64,000 nt of DNA from an uncultured Eubacteriales bacterium (GCA_934486915.1 CAKSRC010000003.1:2208-66207), one strand, 5' to 3'; shown: positions 1-9,672, numbered from the stretch's first letter. The notes: generated by a model not told the origin, from the letters alone. Made by a program: numbers and translations.

Positions 1-241
1 AAAGAGCTTTATTACTGCTTATAATACCTCTTTTTAATGTAACATTGCCATATTTAGCAAGTCCAGGGAATTTTTCAGTAGTATATACGTTACTGTCACC
101 TGCTCTATATTCTATCGGATCATAGGAAACATCAAATCCTGATACTTCGCTAAATTGACCAAGAAGTGCGCTTTCAATACCTTCAATTTCACTAGATATC
201 TCAACTCTGAACTTAAAAGTTCTCATTACTAACTCTGCCAT
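1..241 (-). CDS. contractile tail tube protein (T4 gp19 / Afp1-Pvc1-like); C-terminus lies beyond window edge
   Basis: Not in the ORF track because it runs off the edge. Hand translation from ATG at 241-239 gives MAELVMRTFKFRVEISSEIEGIESALLGQFSEVSGFDVSYDPIEYRAGDSNVYTTEKFPGLAKYGNVTLKRGIISSNKAL. The FxFxVEI...FxEVSG...IEYRxG...PG..KYxNVxLKRG pattern is typical of gp19-type tubes. RBS AGAGGGGAG lies upstream, and the gene directly follows the sheath gene. Confidence 0.8.
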   Translation of the reverse strand, partial: MAELVMRTFKFRVEISSEIEGIESALLGQFSEVSGFDVSYDPIEYRAGDSNVYTTEKFPGLAKYGNVTLKRGIISSNKAL

Positions 242-267
242 TTAAACTAAACTCCCCTCTAAGTTAA

Positions 268-1998
268 TTATTCTCCTGTTTTTTGTGTAATTCTAAAGAT
301 TACAAACTCAGCCGGTTTAACTGGAGCAACACCGATTACGCAGATTAACTTACCGTTATCAATATCATCTTGAGTCATTGTGTTAGGTCCAATATCTACG
401 AAGAATGCTTCTGCTTCAGATGCGCCTGCAAGAGCACCGCTTCTCCACATACCTGATAGGAATGTTTCAACAGTTCTTCTTACTCTTACCCATAGCAATT
501 CATCGTTTGGCTCAAATACAACCCAGTTAGTATTTGCTTTGATAGATTCTTCTAAGTAGATAAACAAACGTCTAACGTTGATATATTTCCACATTGGATT
601 TGAAGAAGCTGTTCTAGCTCCCCAAACTCTTATGCCTGCACCAGGGAATCTTCTAATTAAGTTAACACCCTTTGGATTTAGAACATCTTGTTCGCCTACA
701 TTATAGTTGCAATATAGGCCTGTGCAGTTTGCAATTGTTTCATTAGCCGGAGCCTTATGTACTCCTCTTAATGCGTCAGTTCTTGCATATACGCCCATGA
801 TAGAACCTGAAGGTGGCATATAGATGCTCTTCTTGTCTAGTGGATCATATACTTCTAACCAAGGATGGTACATAGCGCAGTAGTCACTGTCTACGATATC
901 CCTATGAGCTATAAGTTCTTTTACAGTTTTGCTTTCCTTTGGCATATCTAAAACAGCAAATCTGCTTGCCAAAGATTCGCAGTGAGCAACTAGTGAAAGT
1001 TGTACATTTGCACTAACAATACCAGGTATTGCCATGATGTTAACTTCACTGTTGTCTAGGAATGCTTGAATTCCTGTACGGCTTCCAGGACCTTTGTCCT
1101 CGCCGATAAAGTCAGCGTCGCTAAGAGCTTCAACAGAACCATCTGTTCCGTTTTTAAGAGAAATAGTAACGACGTCTTTTTCGCAACCAAATACTTCTTG
1201 AATTACATTCAAAGGAGCGATTGGCAATGCGTTTGCTTTTACGCTAACATTTACTAATTCTGATTTAGCTAATTGTTTCTCTAAGAACTCAGCAGATTCA
1301 ATGTTTAGGGAAACATTTGAATATGCTTCTGTAATGTCACCGCATTTAACAGCTACATTCATTTCACAAGTTTTAATTGTGATAGTTGGAAGAAGAGCGT
1401 TATCAACTACATCATTAGAGAATGGTGCTTCAAAAGTGATAACCTTCTCATTAACTTCAGTAATAATATTGTATTCAGGAGAACCTGCACCCTCTAGAAC
1501 AACAACATCACCTGCGTTAAATCCATATTGAGATTTAACTCTGTATGAACCTGCTCCTAAATCTTCAAAAATTTGAGTTTTTGCTTTGCTTGCTTCAGAG
1601 AAAGTAACAGTTATTGCATTGCCCCATTTACCTGGGTTTTTAGCTTCAAAACTGATAATTCCTTCTTGACCTTCAGCGCAGCAGCTTGTAGCAACACTAG
1701 CATCAGAAGGAGCGACTCTCATGATGTAAGCACGAGTTCCTCCATTAATAAAGAAATGACTTACTGCATATGCTAGATAGCGGTACTGGCCAAACTCGCT
1801 TTCTTGAAGATATCCTCCAAATTTGCGATTAAACTCTGCTTGACTTAGTACTAATTCAGGTGCACCAATTGTTGCACCTTTTTCTGCTAGACCAATAAAG
1901 CCTGCAGTGCTTGTGCTAACACCTTGTACAGGTGCAGAACCATTGTCAAATTCCTCAACATAAACTCCTGGTGATAGATATTCAGCCATAATTCTCAC
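268..1998 (-). CDS. contractile tail sheath protein
   Basis: 576-aa ORF. N-terminus (M)AEYLSPGVYVEEFDNGSAPVQGVSTSTAGFIGLAEKG and C-terminal GVNLIRRFPGAGIRVWGARTAS...INVRRLFIYLEESI are hallmark sheath motifs. Start is GTG 1998 or ATG 1989. Confidence 0.9.
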   Translation of the reverse strand: MRIMAEYLSPGVYVEEFDNGSAPVQGVSTSTAGFIGLAEKGATIGAPELVLSQAEFNRKFGGYLQESEFGQYRYLAYAVSHFFINGGTRAYIMRVAPSDASVATSCCAEGQEGIISFEAKNPGKWGNAITVTFSEASKAKTQIFEDLGAGSYRVKSQYGFNAGDVVVLEGAGSPEYNIITEVNEKVITFEAPFSNDVVDNALLPTITIKTCEMNVAVKCGDITEAYSNVSLNIESAEFLEKQLAKSELVNVSVKANALPIAPLNVIQEVFGCEKDVVTISLKNGTDGSVEALSDADFIGEDKGPGSRTGIQAFLDNSEVNIMAIPGIVSANVQLSLVAHCESLASRFAVLDMPKESKTVKELIAHRDIVDSDYCAMYHPWLEVYDPLDKKSIYMPPSGSIMGVYARTDALRGVHKAPANETIANCTGLYCNYNVGEQDVLNPKGVNLIRRFPGAGIRVWGARTASSNPMWKYINVRRLFIYLEESIKANTNWVVFEPNDELLWVRVRRTVETFLSGMWRSGALAGASEAEAFFVDIGPNTMTQDDIDNGKLICVIGVAPVKPAEFVIFRITQKTGE

Positions 1999-2138
1999 GG
2001 TTTTTCCATATAAATGAAAAACCTTACAACTCCTTTCGCTTTCGATTTCTTTAATTAAAACCTTTAGTTAGTTGAATTTATTTAACATATAGATATTAAA
2101 AATATCTATGTGTAAACTAGTTAATAAAACTTAAGCAA

Positions 2139-3050
2139 TTACTCATCTTGATTATCGTTTGAACCCTCATCCTCATTTTCATCGGTTGTTTTTTCAGGTT
2201 CATTAATCTTTTTTCCCTTATCTTGATTTTCTTGCTCTTGTTTTTCTTGTTCTTTGAGCTCTTTTTCTATGTCTTCCAAACCCTTTACATTTTGAATATC
2301 TTCCTCTGCAAGCCTTTTCTTAAGCATATAAAGAAAAATTATATCGTCTCTTGCCCTAAACTTCATTTCTCTTGCTGTTTGCTTTGCTTCATTTACAGCC
2401 TTAAAGAACTTCTGCCTAAATACAAGGTTTTTTTGTTCTTTAAAGTTTTTGTCTTGATCCGGCAGTGGACTTTTCTTTTTACTTTTGCTCGTTTGATGGA
2501 AGTCTAAGACATCATCCATAGTTGTGAGATTCTGCTCATTATCCGAAAACTTGTCCATTTGCTGCTCAATATAGACAAAGTCATGAGATGCATTGGATCT
2601 AAGTACATTTGCACCACCCAAAAAGCTTTTGTCATTGGTCATAAACCTTTCAGATCCATTAGTAATTGACCTTTTTACTGTATCGCCTTCAATAAATTCC
2701 CTTGAATTTTGGGTTCTGGCGTGTTTTTCAGTAAACGTCAATACAATTTCATCTTTTTTTGAATCATACCCGATTTCAACCAATCCGGTATTGAGTTTAA
2801 TCTCACCTATTTTATTTGGCGGAGATTTTAAAGACTTTCCTGAAGTAGGTTTAACTTTTTTAAGCTTTTCACGCGGATTCATGTCATCCTTATCTCTAAA
2901 CCTTTCAATGTTGCTGCAAAAAGGGTCGCTTCGATATCTTTTTGAATCCCTTTGAGTCAAAGAGCTATAATCGATTGCATTACTAAAACTTTTACCTTTT
3001 TGGTTCAATGCCATTTTTTTATCTCTTTTTAAACTTTCATACAATGACAT
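2139..3050 (-). CDS. hypothetical highly charged protein (Lys/Glu/Asp-rich, acidic C-terminal tail), first gene of the tail-like operon
   Basis: 303-aa ORF with good RBS (GAGGTGGGA) before ATG 3050. No domain recognised. The C-terminus KELKEQEKQEQENQDKGKKINEPEKTTDENEDEGSNDNQDE looks disordered. Confidence 0.6.
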   Translation of the reverse strand: MSLYESLKRDKKMALNQKGKSFSNAIDYSSLTQRDSKRYRSDPFCSNIERFRDKDDMNPREKLKKVKPTSGKSLKSPPNKIGEIKLNTGLVEIGYDSKKDEIVLTFTEKHARTQNSREFIEGDTVKRSITNGSERFMTNDKSFLGGANVLRSNASHDFVYIEQQMDKFSDNEQNLTTMDDVLDFHQTSKSKKKSPLPDQDKNFKEQKNLVFRQKFFKAVNEAKQTAREMKFRARDDIIFLYMLKKRLAEEDIQNVKGLEDIEKELKEQEKQEQENQDKGKKINEPEKTTDENEDEGSNDNQDE

Positions 3051-3516
3051 TTTCCCACCTCATTCATCAAATGAAACCGTTTTATGTAATGTTATCTTAT
3101 GAGTTAATAATATCATCATAAAATTTACTTGTCAATACTTTTTTAGAGAAAAAAATGTAATTTTTTTGCTTTTACGACCTGTTTATTAATAAAACCTGCT
3201 TATGTCATACGCATTAGTTTACTTTTATATATGAAATATAAACTTTTATTAGGAAATCAATAAAATATATTACATAGCTTTCAACTCGTCTTTTTATGAA
3301 TTTTCCTACCCTTAACCTTACAATATTTAAGTATAAATCTAAGTTTTTAATTAATTTATAAGACCTAATTAATGAGATGATAATACCAAATGGGCTATTC
3401 TACATATTTCTCACTTGATTCATGTTAAGATATCCATATATCCTTATAAATGTCAAGCATTAGGCCCTATTTCAATATAAAGTTATTATTACAATATTAC
3501 CCAAACAATAAAAAGC

Positions 3517-3545
3517 TTGTAATATTTGATAAATATTACTATAAT
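3517..3545 (+). promoter_or_regulatory. sigma-A-type promoter for prmA
   Basis: TTGTAA (3517-3522), 17-nt spacer, TATAAT (3540-3545). Confidence 0.6.
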
Positions 3546-3579
3546 AAATGGTATTATAATAATAAAAGGAGGAGTTCCT

Positions 3580-4497
3580 ATTAACTTTAACGAAATAATA
3601 ATCACAGTCCCATCAGCTCAAACTGATATTGCAGGTGCAATCGCTAATATGGTTGTTCCATATGGAATATATATTGAAGACTACTCTAATCTTGAAAAAG
3701 AAGTAATGGAGATTGCAAATATAGATATGATAGACGAATCTCTTATTAAGAAAGATAGATCAAAAAGTAAGATCCATATCTATATTGATAAAGAGCACAG
3801 CCCTATTGAGGCCATTTCTTTTTTAAAAGAAAGATATAAAAGTGAGTCAATAGACTTTGACATATCAGTTCAAGATATGCATGAAGAAGACTTCGCAAAC
3901 AATTGGAAAAAGTATTTTAAACCTATAGAAGTAGGCAATAAACTTCTAATAAGGCCTATATGGGAAGAATACAAGGAAAAAACCTCAAGAAAAATATTAA
4001 ATCTTGAGCCGGGTATCGCATTTGGAACGGGAACCCATCAAACTACCAGACTATGTCTTTCAATGCTTGAAGATGTAGTAAACAATGAAAGCCGTGTATT
4101 AGACGTTGGGTGCGGCAGCGGTATACTTGCTATTGCATCTTTAGTTTTGGGTGCCAAAAGTGCCCTAGGCGTAGATATTGATGAGCTTGCTGTAAAAACC
4201 GCAGTAAATAATGCAAAGCTTAACAACGTGGAAAACCGCTTTAATGCAGTTTGCGGAGACCTTTTAGATAAAGTCGATGGCCAATACGATATCATTCTTG
4301 CCAATATAGTCGCCGATGTCATAATCAACCTTTCTAAGGATATAAAGCCCTATATGCATAAAGATACTATATTCTTAATGAGCGGAATAATTGATTCAAG
4401 ACTTTTAGATGTTAAAAATGCTCTAAATGAAAGCTTTATAATATTAGACGAAAGGCAAGATAAGTGTTGGGTGGCACTAAAAGCCAAACTAAAATAA
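3580..4497 (+). CDS. prmA: ribosomal protein L11 methyltransferase
   Basis: PrmA N-domain (NFNEIIITVPSAQTDIAGAI...GIYIED), SAM motif VLDVGCGSGILAI and GTGTHQTT. The ORF-track start 3526 lies inside the predicted promoter. An ATT at 3580 follows RBS AAAGGAGGAG. Confidence 0.85.
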   Translation: MNFNEIIITVPSAQTDIAGAIANMVVPYGIYIEDYSNLEKEVMEIANIDMIDESLIKKDRSKSKIHIYIDKEHSPIEAISFLKERYKSESIDFDISVQDMHEEDFANNWKKYFKPIEVGNKLLIRPIWEEYKEKTSRKILNLEPGIAFGTGTHQTTRLCLSMLEDVVNNESRVLDVGCGSGILAIASLVLGAKSALGVDIDELAVKTAVNNAKLNNVENRFNAVCGDLLDKVDGQYDIILANIVADVIINLSKDIKPYMHKDTIFLMSGIIDSRLLDVKNALNESFIILDERQDKCWVALKAKLK

Positions 4498-4534
4498 GTC
4501 CTTTTATAATTAAAAATGAAATGGGGGAAAATAA

Positions 4535-6766
4535 TTGATAAAATTAGCTAAATATCTAAAGCCTTATGTAATGTCGTTAATTTTTTGCGTACTGCTTTTA
4601 TTTGGTCAAGCGATGTGTGACTTAAGTCTCCCAAACTTGATGTCTGACATAGTAAATGTAGGTATCCAAGAAAGAGGCATAGAAAACCCTACACCCGAGA
4701 TAATGAGTGAAAAGGCCTATAATCTTATAACAATATTCATGTCAGAGGCGGATAAACAAATCTTTAGTAAAAATTATAGCTATATACAAACAGGGAAAGT
4801 AACCAACAATTATAATGAATATATTAAAAAGTACCCACTCTTGGAAGATGAGAGCATTTATATACTTAAGAAAGATAATAAAACTGATTTAGATGCGTTA
4901 AGCAAGCTTTATTCTAAAAGTACTATGGCTATGATTATCTCACTTAAATCTCTTGCATCAAATTTGGAAAATGGATCCCAGTTTAATACTGATGATGTAA
5001 CAAGCCTAAAGTTTACTGACATTTATTATCTAACTCCTATCTTCCAAAGCTTGCCTGCAGAAGCTATAGACAAATCTATAGAAGATGCTTCCAAGGTCGA
5101 TAGTGCATTAAGTAGACAAATTGCAACAGCCATTACCCAAAAATTCTACACTGAGGCCGGCGTTGATCTAGGCGCTCTTCAAAATAGGTATACCACTAAA
5201 ATAGGTATATATATGATTGTTTTAACATTATTGGGTGCTGCCGCCACAATGTCCGTAAGCTTCCTTTCCTCAAGAATATCAGCCGGAGTTTCAAAGGTAT
5301 TAAGGCGTGATATTTTTAGAAAAGTCGAAAGTTTCTCTAATAATGAATTTGATAAATTTTCCACTGCATCACTAATCACAAGAACCACCAATGACGTAAC
5401 CCAAGTACAAACTATTATAATGATGGGTATAAGGATGATAGTCTACGCTCCTATCATGGGTATAGGAGGAACAATACTTGCATTAGAAAAGTGTGCTTCT
5501 ATGGGTTGGATAATTGCACTTAACGTATTAGTAATATTGGGGATTATATCTATAGTCTTTTCTATTACAATGCCAAAGTTTAAATCCATCCAAAAACTAA
5601 TCGACAAATTAAACCTTGTCACAAGAGAACACTTAAGCGGAATGATGGTCATAAGGGCATTTGGAACTCAAAAATTTGAGGAAAATCGTTTTGATAATGC
5701 TAATAAAAACCTCACTGACGTCAATAAATTTGTTAATCGTATGATATGCTTATTAATGCCTGCTATGATGTTTCTCATGAATGCTATCAGCCTTTTGATT
5801 GTATGGGTAGGTTCTAACGAAATCTCAAAAGCCAATATGCAAGTCGGAGACATGATGGCATTTATGCAATACGCTATGCAGATTATAATATCCTTCTTAG
5901 TTATTTCGATGATATTTATTTTAGTTCCAAGAGCTGCCGTTTCAGCGGACAGAATTGCAGAGGTTTTATATACTGATATCGCTATAAAAGATGAAAAAAA
6001 ACCTATTAAATTGCCCGAAAACCATAGTGGCAAAATTGAGTTTAAAAATGTTTCCTTCAAATATGAAGGTGCGGATGAATATGTACTTGAAAATATCAGC
6101 TTTACGGCTTTACCCGGAAAGACAACAGCATTTATTGGGGCCACAGGTTCGGGAAAATCCACTCTTGTAAACCTTATCCCAAGATTTTACGATGTAACTG
6201 AAGGCGAAATTTTAATCGACAACATAAACATAAAATCTATCTCACAGCAAGAATTACACGATAATATAGGATATGTACCGCAAAAAGGCATACTATTCTC
6301 AGGAACAATTGCATCAAACATAGCTTATGGTAAAAAAGATGCAAATGAAATCGACATAACCGAAGCGGCAGAAGTCGCTCAAGCCTCTGAATTTATAGAA
6401 GGTTTTAAAGGAAAATATTATAGCGAAATATCGCAGGGCGGCTCTAATGTATCGGGCGGTCAAAAACAAAGGCTTTCTATTGCAAGAGCATTAATAAAAA
6501 AAGCTAAAGTCTATATATTTGACGATAGTTTTTCAGCTCTTGATTTCAAAACAGATGCTATGCTTAGAAAGGCACTTACAAAATACACTAAACATTCAAC
6601 AGTCTTTATAGTAGCTCAAAGAATAAGCACAATAATGAATGCAGAACAAATAATAGTCCTTGATGAAGGGAAAATAGTTGGTAAAGGAACTCATGAAGAG
6701 CTTCTTGAAACTTGTGATACTTATAAAGAAATTGCCTTATCTCAGCTTTCAAAGGAGGAATTGTAA
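4535..6766 (+). CDS. ABC exporter, fused permease/ATPase subunit (heterodimer partner 1) with a long extracytoplasmic loop after TM1
   Basis: 743 aa; Walker A GATGSGKST, signature VSGGQKQRLSIARAL, six-TM exporter domain. TTG start with RBS GGGGGAA. Confidence 0.9.
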   Translation: MIKLAKYLKPYVMSLIFCVLLLFGQAMCDLSLPNLMSDIVNVGIQERGIENPTPEIMSEKAYNLITIFMSEADKQIFSKNYSYIQTGKVTNNYNEYIKKYPLLEDESIYILKKDNKTDLDALSKLYSKSTMAMIISLKSLASNLENGSQFNTDDVTSLKFTDIYYLTPIFQSLPAEAIDKSIEDASKVDSALSRQIATAITQKFYTEAGVDLGALQNRYTTKIGIYMIVLTLLGAAATMSVSFLSSRISAGVSKVLRRDIFRKVESFSNNEFDKFSTASLITRTTNDVTQVQTIIMMGIRMIVYAPIMGIGGTILALEKCASMGWIIALNVLVILGIISIVFSITMPKFKSIQKLIDKLNLVTREHLSGMMVIRAFGTQKFEENRFDNANKNLTDVNKFVNRMICLLMPAMMFLMNAISLLIVWVGSNEISKANMQVGDMMAFMQYAMQIIISFLVISMIFILVPRAAVSADRIAEVLYTDIAIKDEKKPIKLPENHSGKIEFKNVSFKYEGADEYVLENISFTALPGKTTAFIGATGSGKSTLVNLIPRFYDVTEGEILIDNINIKSISQQELHDNIGYVPQKGILFSGTIASNIAYGKKDANEIDITEAAEVAQASEFIEGFKGKYYSEISQGGSNVSGGQKQRLSIARALIKKAKVYIFDDSFSALDFKTDAMLRKALTKYTKHSTVFIVAQRISTIMNAEQIIVLDEGKIVGKGTHEELLETCDTYKEIALSQLSKEEL

Positions 6767-8631
6767 TGCCAAACATATCTAAACCCTCCGGCGGACATAT
6801 GAGTCATGGTAATAATCCGGTTGGAGAAAAAGCTAAAGACTTCAAGGGTACTCTAAAGAAACTTTTATCCTACTTTGGAAAATATAAAATAGCGTTGATT
6901 ATCGTCATTATTTTTGCTATTGCATCCACTATATTTTCAATCATCGGCCCTAAGCTTTTAGGAACAGCCACAACTGAAATATATCAAGGTATAGTTGGTC
7001 AAATTTCGGGTACCAGCACCGGAATTAATTTTGATAAAATCTCAGAAATACTATTATTCTTATTAGCACTTTACCTTGTAAGCTTTGCATTTTCCTATAT
7101 TCAAGGCTTCATAATGACGGGTATATCCATGAAGATATCCTATAGGTTAAGAAATGACATTGAGCATAAAATTAACAAAATGCCACTTTCTTATTTCGAC
7201 ACTGTAAATCACGGCGAAGTCCTTTCGAGAGTAACCAATGATGTCGATACACTAAGCCAAACATTAAATCAAAGTGTAACCCAAATAATAACCTCAATCG
7301 TAACCGTAATAGGAATTATAATTATGATGTTTACGATTAGCTGGCAATTGACGCTAATTGCTATGTGTATAGTCCCAATTTCACTATTTTTTATATCTTT
7401 CGTAGTTAAAAAATCACAAATCTACTTTGTTCATCAACAAGACTTTCTAGGCCATATTAACGGCCATATTGAAGAAATGTACGCAGGTCACAATGTTGTT
7501 AAGGCCTTCAACGGCGAACAAGATTCTATTGCTAAATTTGATAGATTCAACGAGATTTTATATATCTCTTCTTGGAAATCACAGTTCTTATCTGGCCTTA
7601 TGATGCCTATAATGAACTTTGTATCCAATCTAGGCTATGTTGCTATATGTATACTTGGTGGTTACCTAGCTATCAATAACGGCTTACCCGTTGGTGATAT
7701 TCAGGCCTTTATTCAATATGTACGCCAGTTTACCCAACCTCTTACTCAAATTTCCAACATTTCAAACGTGCTCCAGCAAACAATGGCTGCAGCCGAACGA
7801 GTATTTGAATTCTTAGCTGAAACTGAGGAAGTCCCTGAAGCCTTGAATCCTCTAGTACCCAAGCGACCCGGCGAGGATAATCCTAATGCAGTTGAAATTA
7901 ACGGAAGTGTCCAATTCGATCACGTAAAATTCGGTTATAACCCGGATAAGATAATAATAAATGACTTCTCAGCCGATGTTAAGCCCGGCCAAAAGATTGC
8001 AATAGTTGGTCCAACGGGTGCAGGAAAAACCACAATGGTTAAGCTTCTAATGCGTTTTTATGACGTAAATGGCGGCGCAATAAAGGTTGACGGCCACAAC
8101 ATTAAAGACTTCACAAGAAACGGTTTAAGGTCCATATTTGGCATGGTTTTGCAGGAAACTTGGCTTTATAACGCTTCTATCAAAGACAATATACGTTATG
8201 GCAAATTAGATGCCACAGATGAGGAGATAATATCCGCTGCAAAAGCTGCACAAGTTCACCACTTTGTAAAGACATTGCCCCAAGGATATGACATGGAGTT
8301 AAATGAAGAATCAAGCAACGTATCTCTAGGTCAAAAACAACTTCTTACCATAGCAAGAGCTATCTTGGCTGACCCCAAAATATTGATTTTGGATGAGGCT
8401 ACAAGTTCAGTAGATACAAGAACTGAAGTCCTAATCCAAAGAGCCATGGATAACTTGATGAAAGATCGAACCAGCTTTATCATTGCCCATAGATTAAGCA
8501 CCATAAAAGATGCAGATTTAATTTTGGTAATGAAGGACGGGGATATAATAGAGCAAGGAAAACACGATGAATTACTTGCTAAAAAAGGTTTTTACGCCAA
8601 TTTATACGAAAGCCAATTCAAAGTAAGTTAA
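6766..8631 (+). CDS. ABC exporter, fused permease/ATPase subunit (heterodimer partner 2)
   Basis: 621 aa; Walker A GPTGAGKTT, signature LSLGQKQLLTIARAI, Walker B ILILDEATS. TAATG start/stop overlap with the upstream gene. Confidence 0.9.
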   Translation: MPNISKPSGGHMSHGNNPVGEKAKDFKGTLKKLLSYFGKYKIALIIVIIFAIASTIFSIIGPKLLGTATTEIYQGIVGQISGTSTGINFDKISEILLFLLALYLVSFAFSYIQGFIMTGISMKISYRLRNDIEHKINKMPLSYFDTVNHGEVLSRVTNDVDTLSQTLNQSVTQIITSIVTVIGIIIMMFTISWQLTLIAMCIVPISLFFISFVVKKSQIYFVHQQDFLGHINGHIEEMYAGHNVVKAFNGEQDSIAKFDRFNEILYISSWKSQFLSGLMMPIMNFVSNLGYVAICILGGYLAINNGLPVGDIQAFIQYVRQFTQPLTQISNISNVLQQTMAAAERVFEFLAETEEVPEALNPLVPKRPGEDNPNAVEINGSVQFDHVKFGYNPDKIIINDFSADVKPGQKIAIVGPTGAGKTTMVKLLMRFYDVNGGAIKVDGHNIKDFTRNGLRSIFGMVLQETWLYNASIKDNIRYGKLDATDEEIISAAKAAQVHHFVKTLPQGYDMELNEESSNVSLGQKQLLTIARAILADPKILILDEATSSVDTRTEVLIQRAMDNLMKDRTSFIIAHRLSTIKDADLILVMKDGDIIEQGKHDELLAKKGFYANLYESQFKVS

Positions 8632-8646
8632 ACTCAATAAAATAAT

Positions 8647-8690
8647 AAATATGCCAAGTGAACCTTAAAACTCACTTGGCATATTTTATT
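8647..8690 (+). terminator. rho-independent terminator after ABC exporter operon
   Basis: AAATATGCCAAGTGA / TCACTTGGCATATTT 15-bp stem followed by a T-run. Confidence 0.8.
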
Positions 8691-8751
8691 TCTTTATAAC
8701 AATCTAAACATTTGATTATTACAGCCATAATCATCTTATATACTATGAACA

Positions 8752-8799
8752 CACAAAAAGTCCCTTTTATTAGATTCTTATATCTAACACAAGGGACTT
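8752..8799 (-). terminator. rho-independent terminator after rpmF
   Basis: AAGTCCCTT...AAGGGACTT stem followed on the minus strand by TTTTTGTGT. Confidence 0.65.
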
Positions 8800-8821
8800 A
8801 ACTTAATTCTTTATAATGCTA

Positions 8822-9004
8822 TTAAGCTTCTTTTTTTACAACTTCTCTTCCGTTGTAATAACCGCATGTTCCACAAACTCTATGAGGAGTTTTAAAAGAA
8901 CCACATTGCGGGCATTTCATAAGTGCAGGGGCACTTAATTTCCAAACGTTAGAACGTCTTTTATCTCTTCTTGCTTTAGAATGTTTTCTCTTAGGTACAG
9001 CCAT
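8822..9004 (-). CDS. rpmF: 50S ribosomal protein L32 (Zn-ribbon form)
   Basis: MAVPKRKHSKARRDKRR...CPQCG...CGTCGYY. Confidence 0.95.
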   Translation of the reverse strand: MAVPKRKHSKARRDKRRSNVWKLSAPALMKCPQCGSFKTPHRVCGTCGYYNGREVVKKEA

Positions 9005-9050
9005 TATAGAAACCTCCTTACTTATATAAAGCTATAATCTTTATAGCTGA

Positions 9051-9545
9051 TTAGTTTAATAAATCCCTAAGCGCCTCTAAACGAGGATCTATATTATCAT
9101 TGGGACAATCACAAGGACCTTCATTGAGGTCTTTTCCGCACTTTGGACATAAGCCCTTGCAGTCTTCACTGCATAAAATTTTCGCGGGAATTTTAAGTAA
9201 AATATCTTCTTTTATAAGGTTGTCTAAATCAAGTTTAAAGTCGTTTAAGCTAATATACTCGTCGTCTTCATCACATTCATTGTTATTTACAAGAATATGA
9301 TCAAATTCATAGTTCTCTTTTACCTCGACCGTCTTAGTGCAGCGGTCACATGAATGAGTAAAACTAAAGCATACCAAAGCTTTAAGGGTTACAACATCCG
9401 CTTGATTTTTAATATTATAACTAATAGTAATAGGGGAAATCGATAAAAAGCTTTTTTCAAATTCATTAATACTCATTTCGAGCTGATAATTATCAAAAAT
9501 ATTTTTTACCTTCCCGGCAAATAAATCCTTTAGATCAAGAACCAT
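9051..9545 (-). CDS. YceD/DUF177 family protein
   Basis: 164 aa, immediately upstream of rpmF (conserved pairing). C-terminal CxxC...CxxCG...C.C and DPRLEAL motif. Confidence 0.8.
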   Translation of the reverse strand: MVLDLKDLFAGKVKNIFDNYQLEMSINEFEKSFLSISPITISYNIKNQADVVTLKALVCFSFTHSCDRCTKTVEVKENYEFDHILVNNNECDEDDEYISLNDFKLDLDNLIKEDILLKIPAKILCSEDCKGLCPKCGKDLNEGPCDCPNDNIDPRLEALRDLLN

Positions 9546-9621
9546 ACTTTACACCTCAATGTCACACTTTATTATTATAACTTTTTTAAAAAATAATGTC
9601 AATAATTTTTTTAAAGTACTC

Positions 9622-9672
9622 AAAATCAAACCAATAGCCTAAAGTCCTGCCAAACGCAAAACTTTAGGCTAT
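9622..9672 (-). terminator. rho-independent terminator after gap
   Basis: ATAGCCTAAAGT / ACTTTAGGCTAT stem followed on the minus strand by TGGTTTGATTTT. Confidence 0.7.

Noticed and set aside
3526-3579. ORF-track N-terminal extension of prmA (MINITIINGIIIIKGGVP).
   Set aside because: It overlaps the predicted -35/-10 promoter and the SD itself, and the Ile-rich translation is not PrmA-like.
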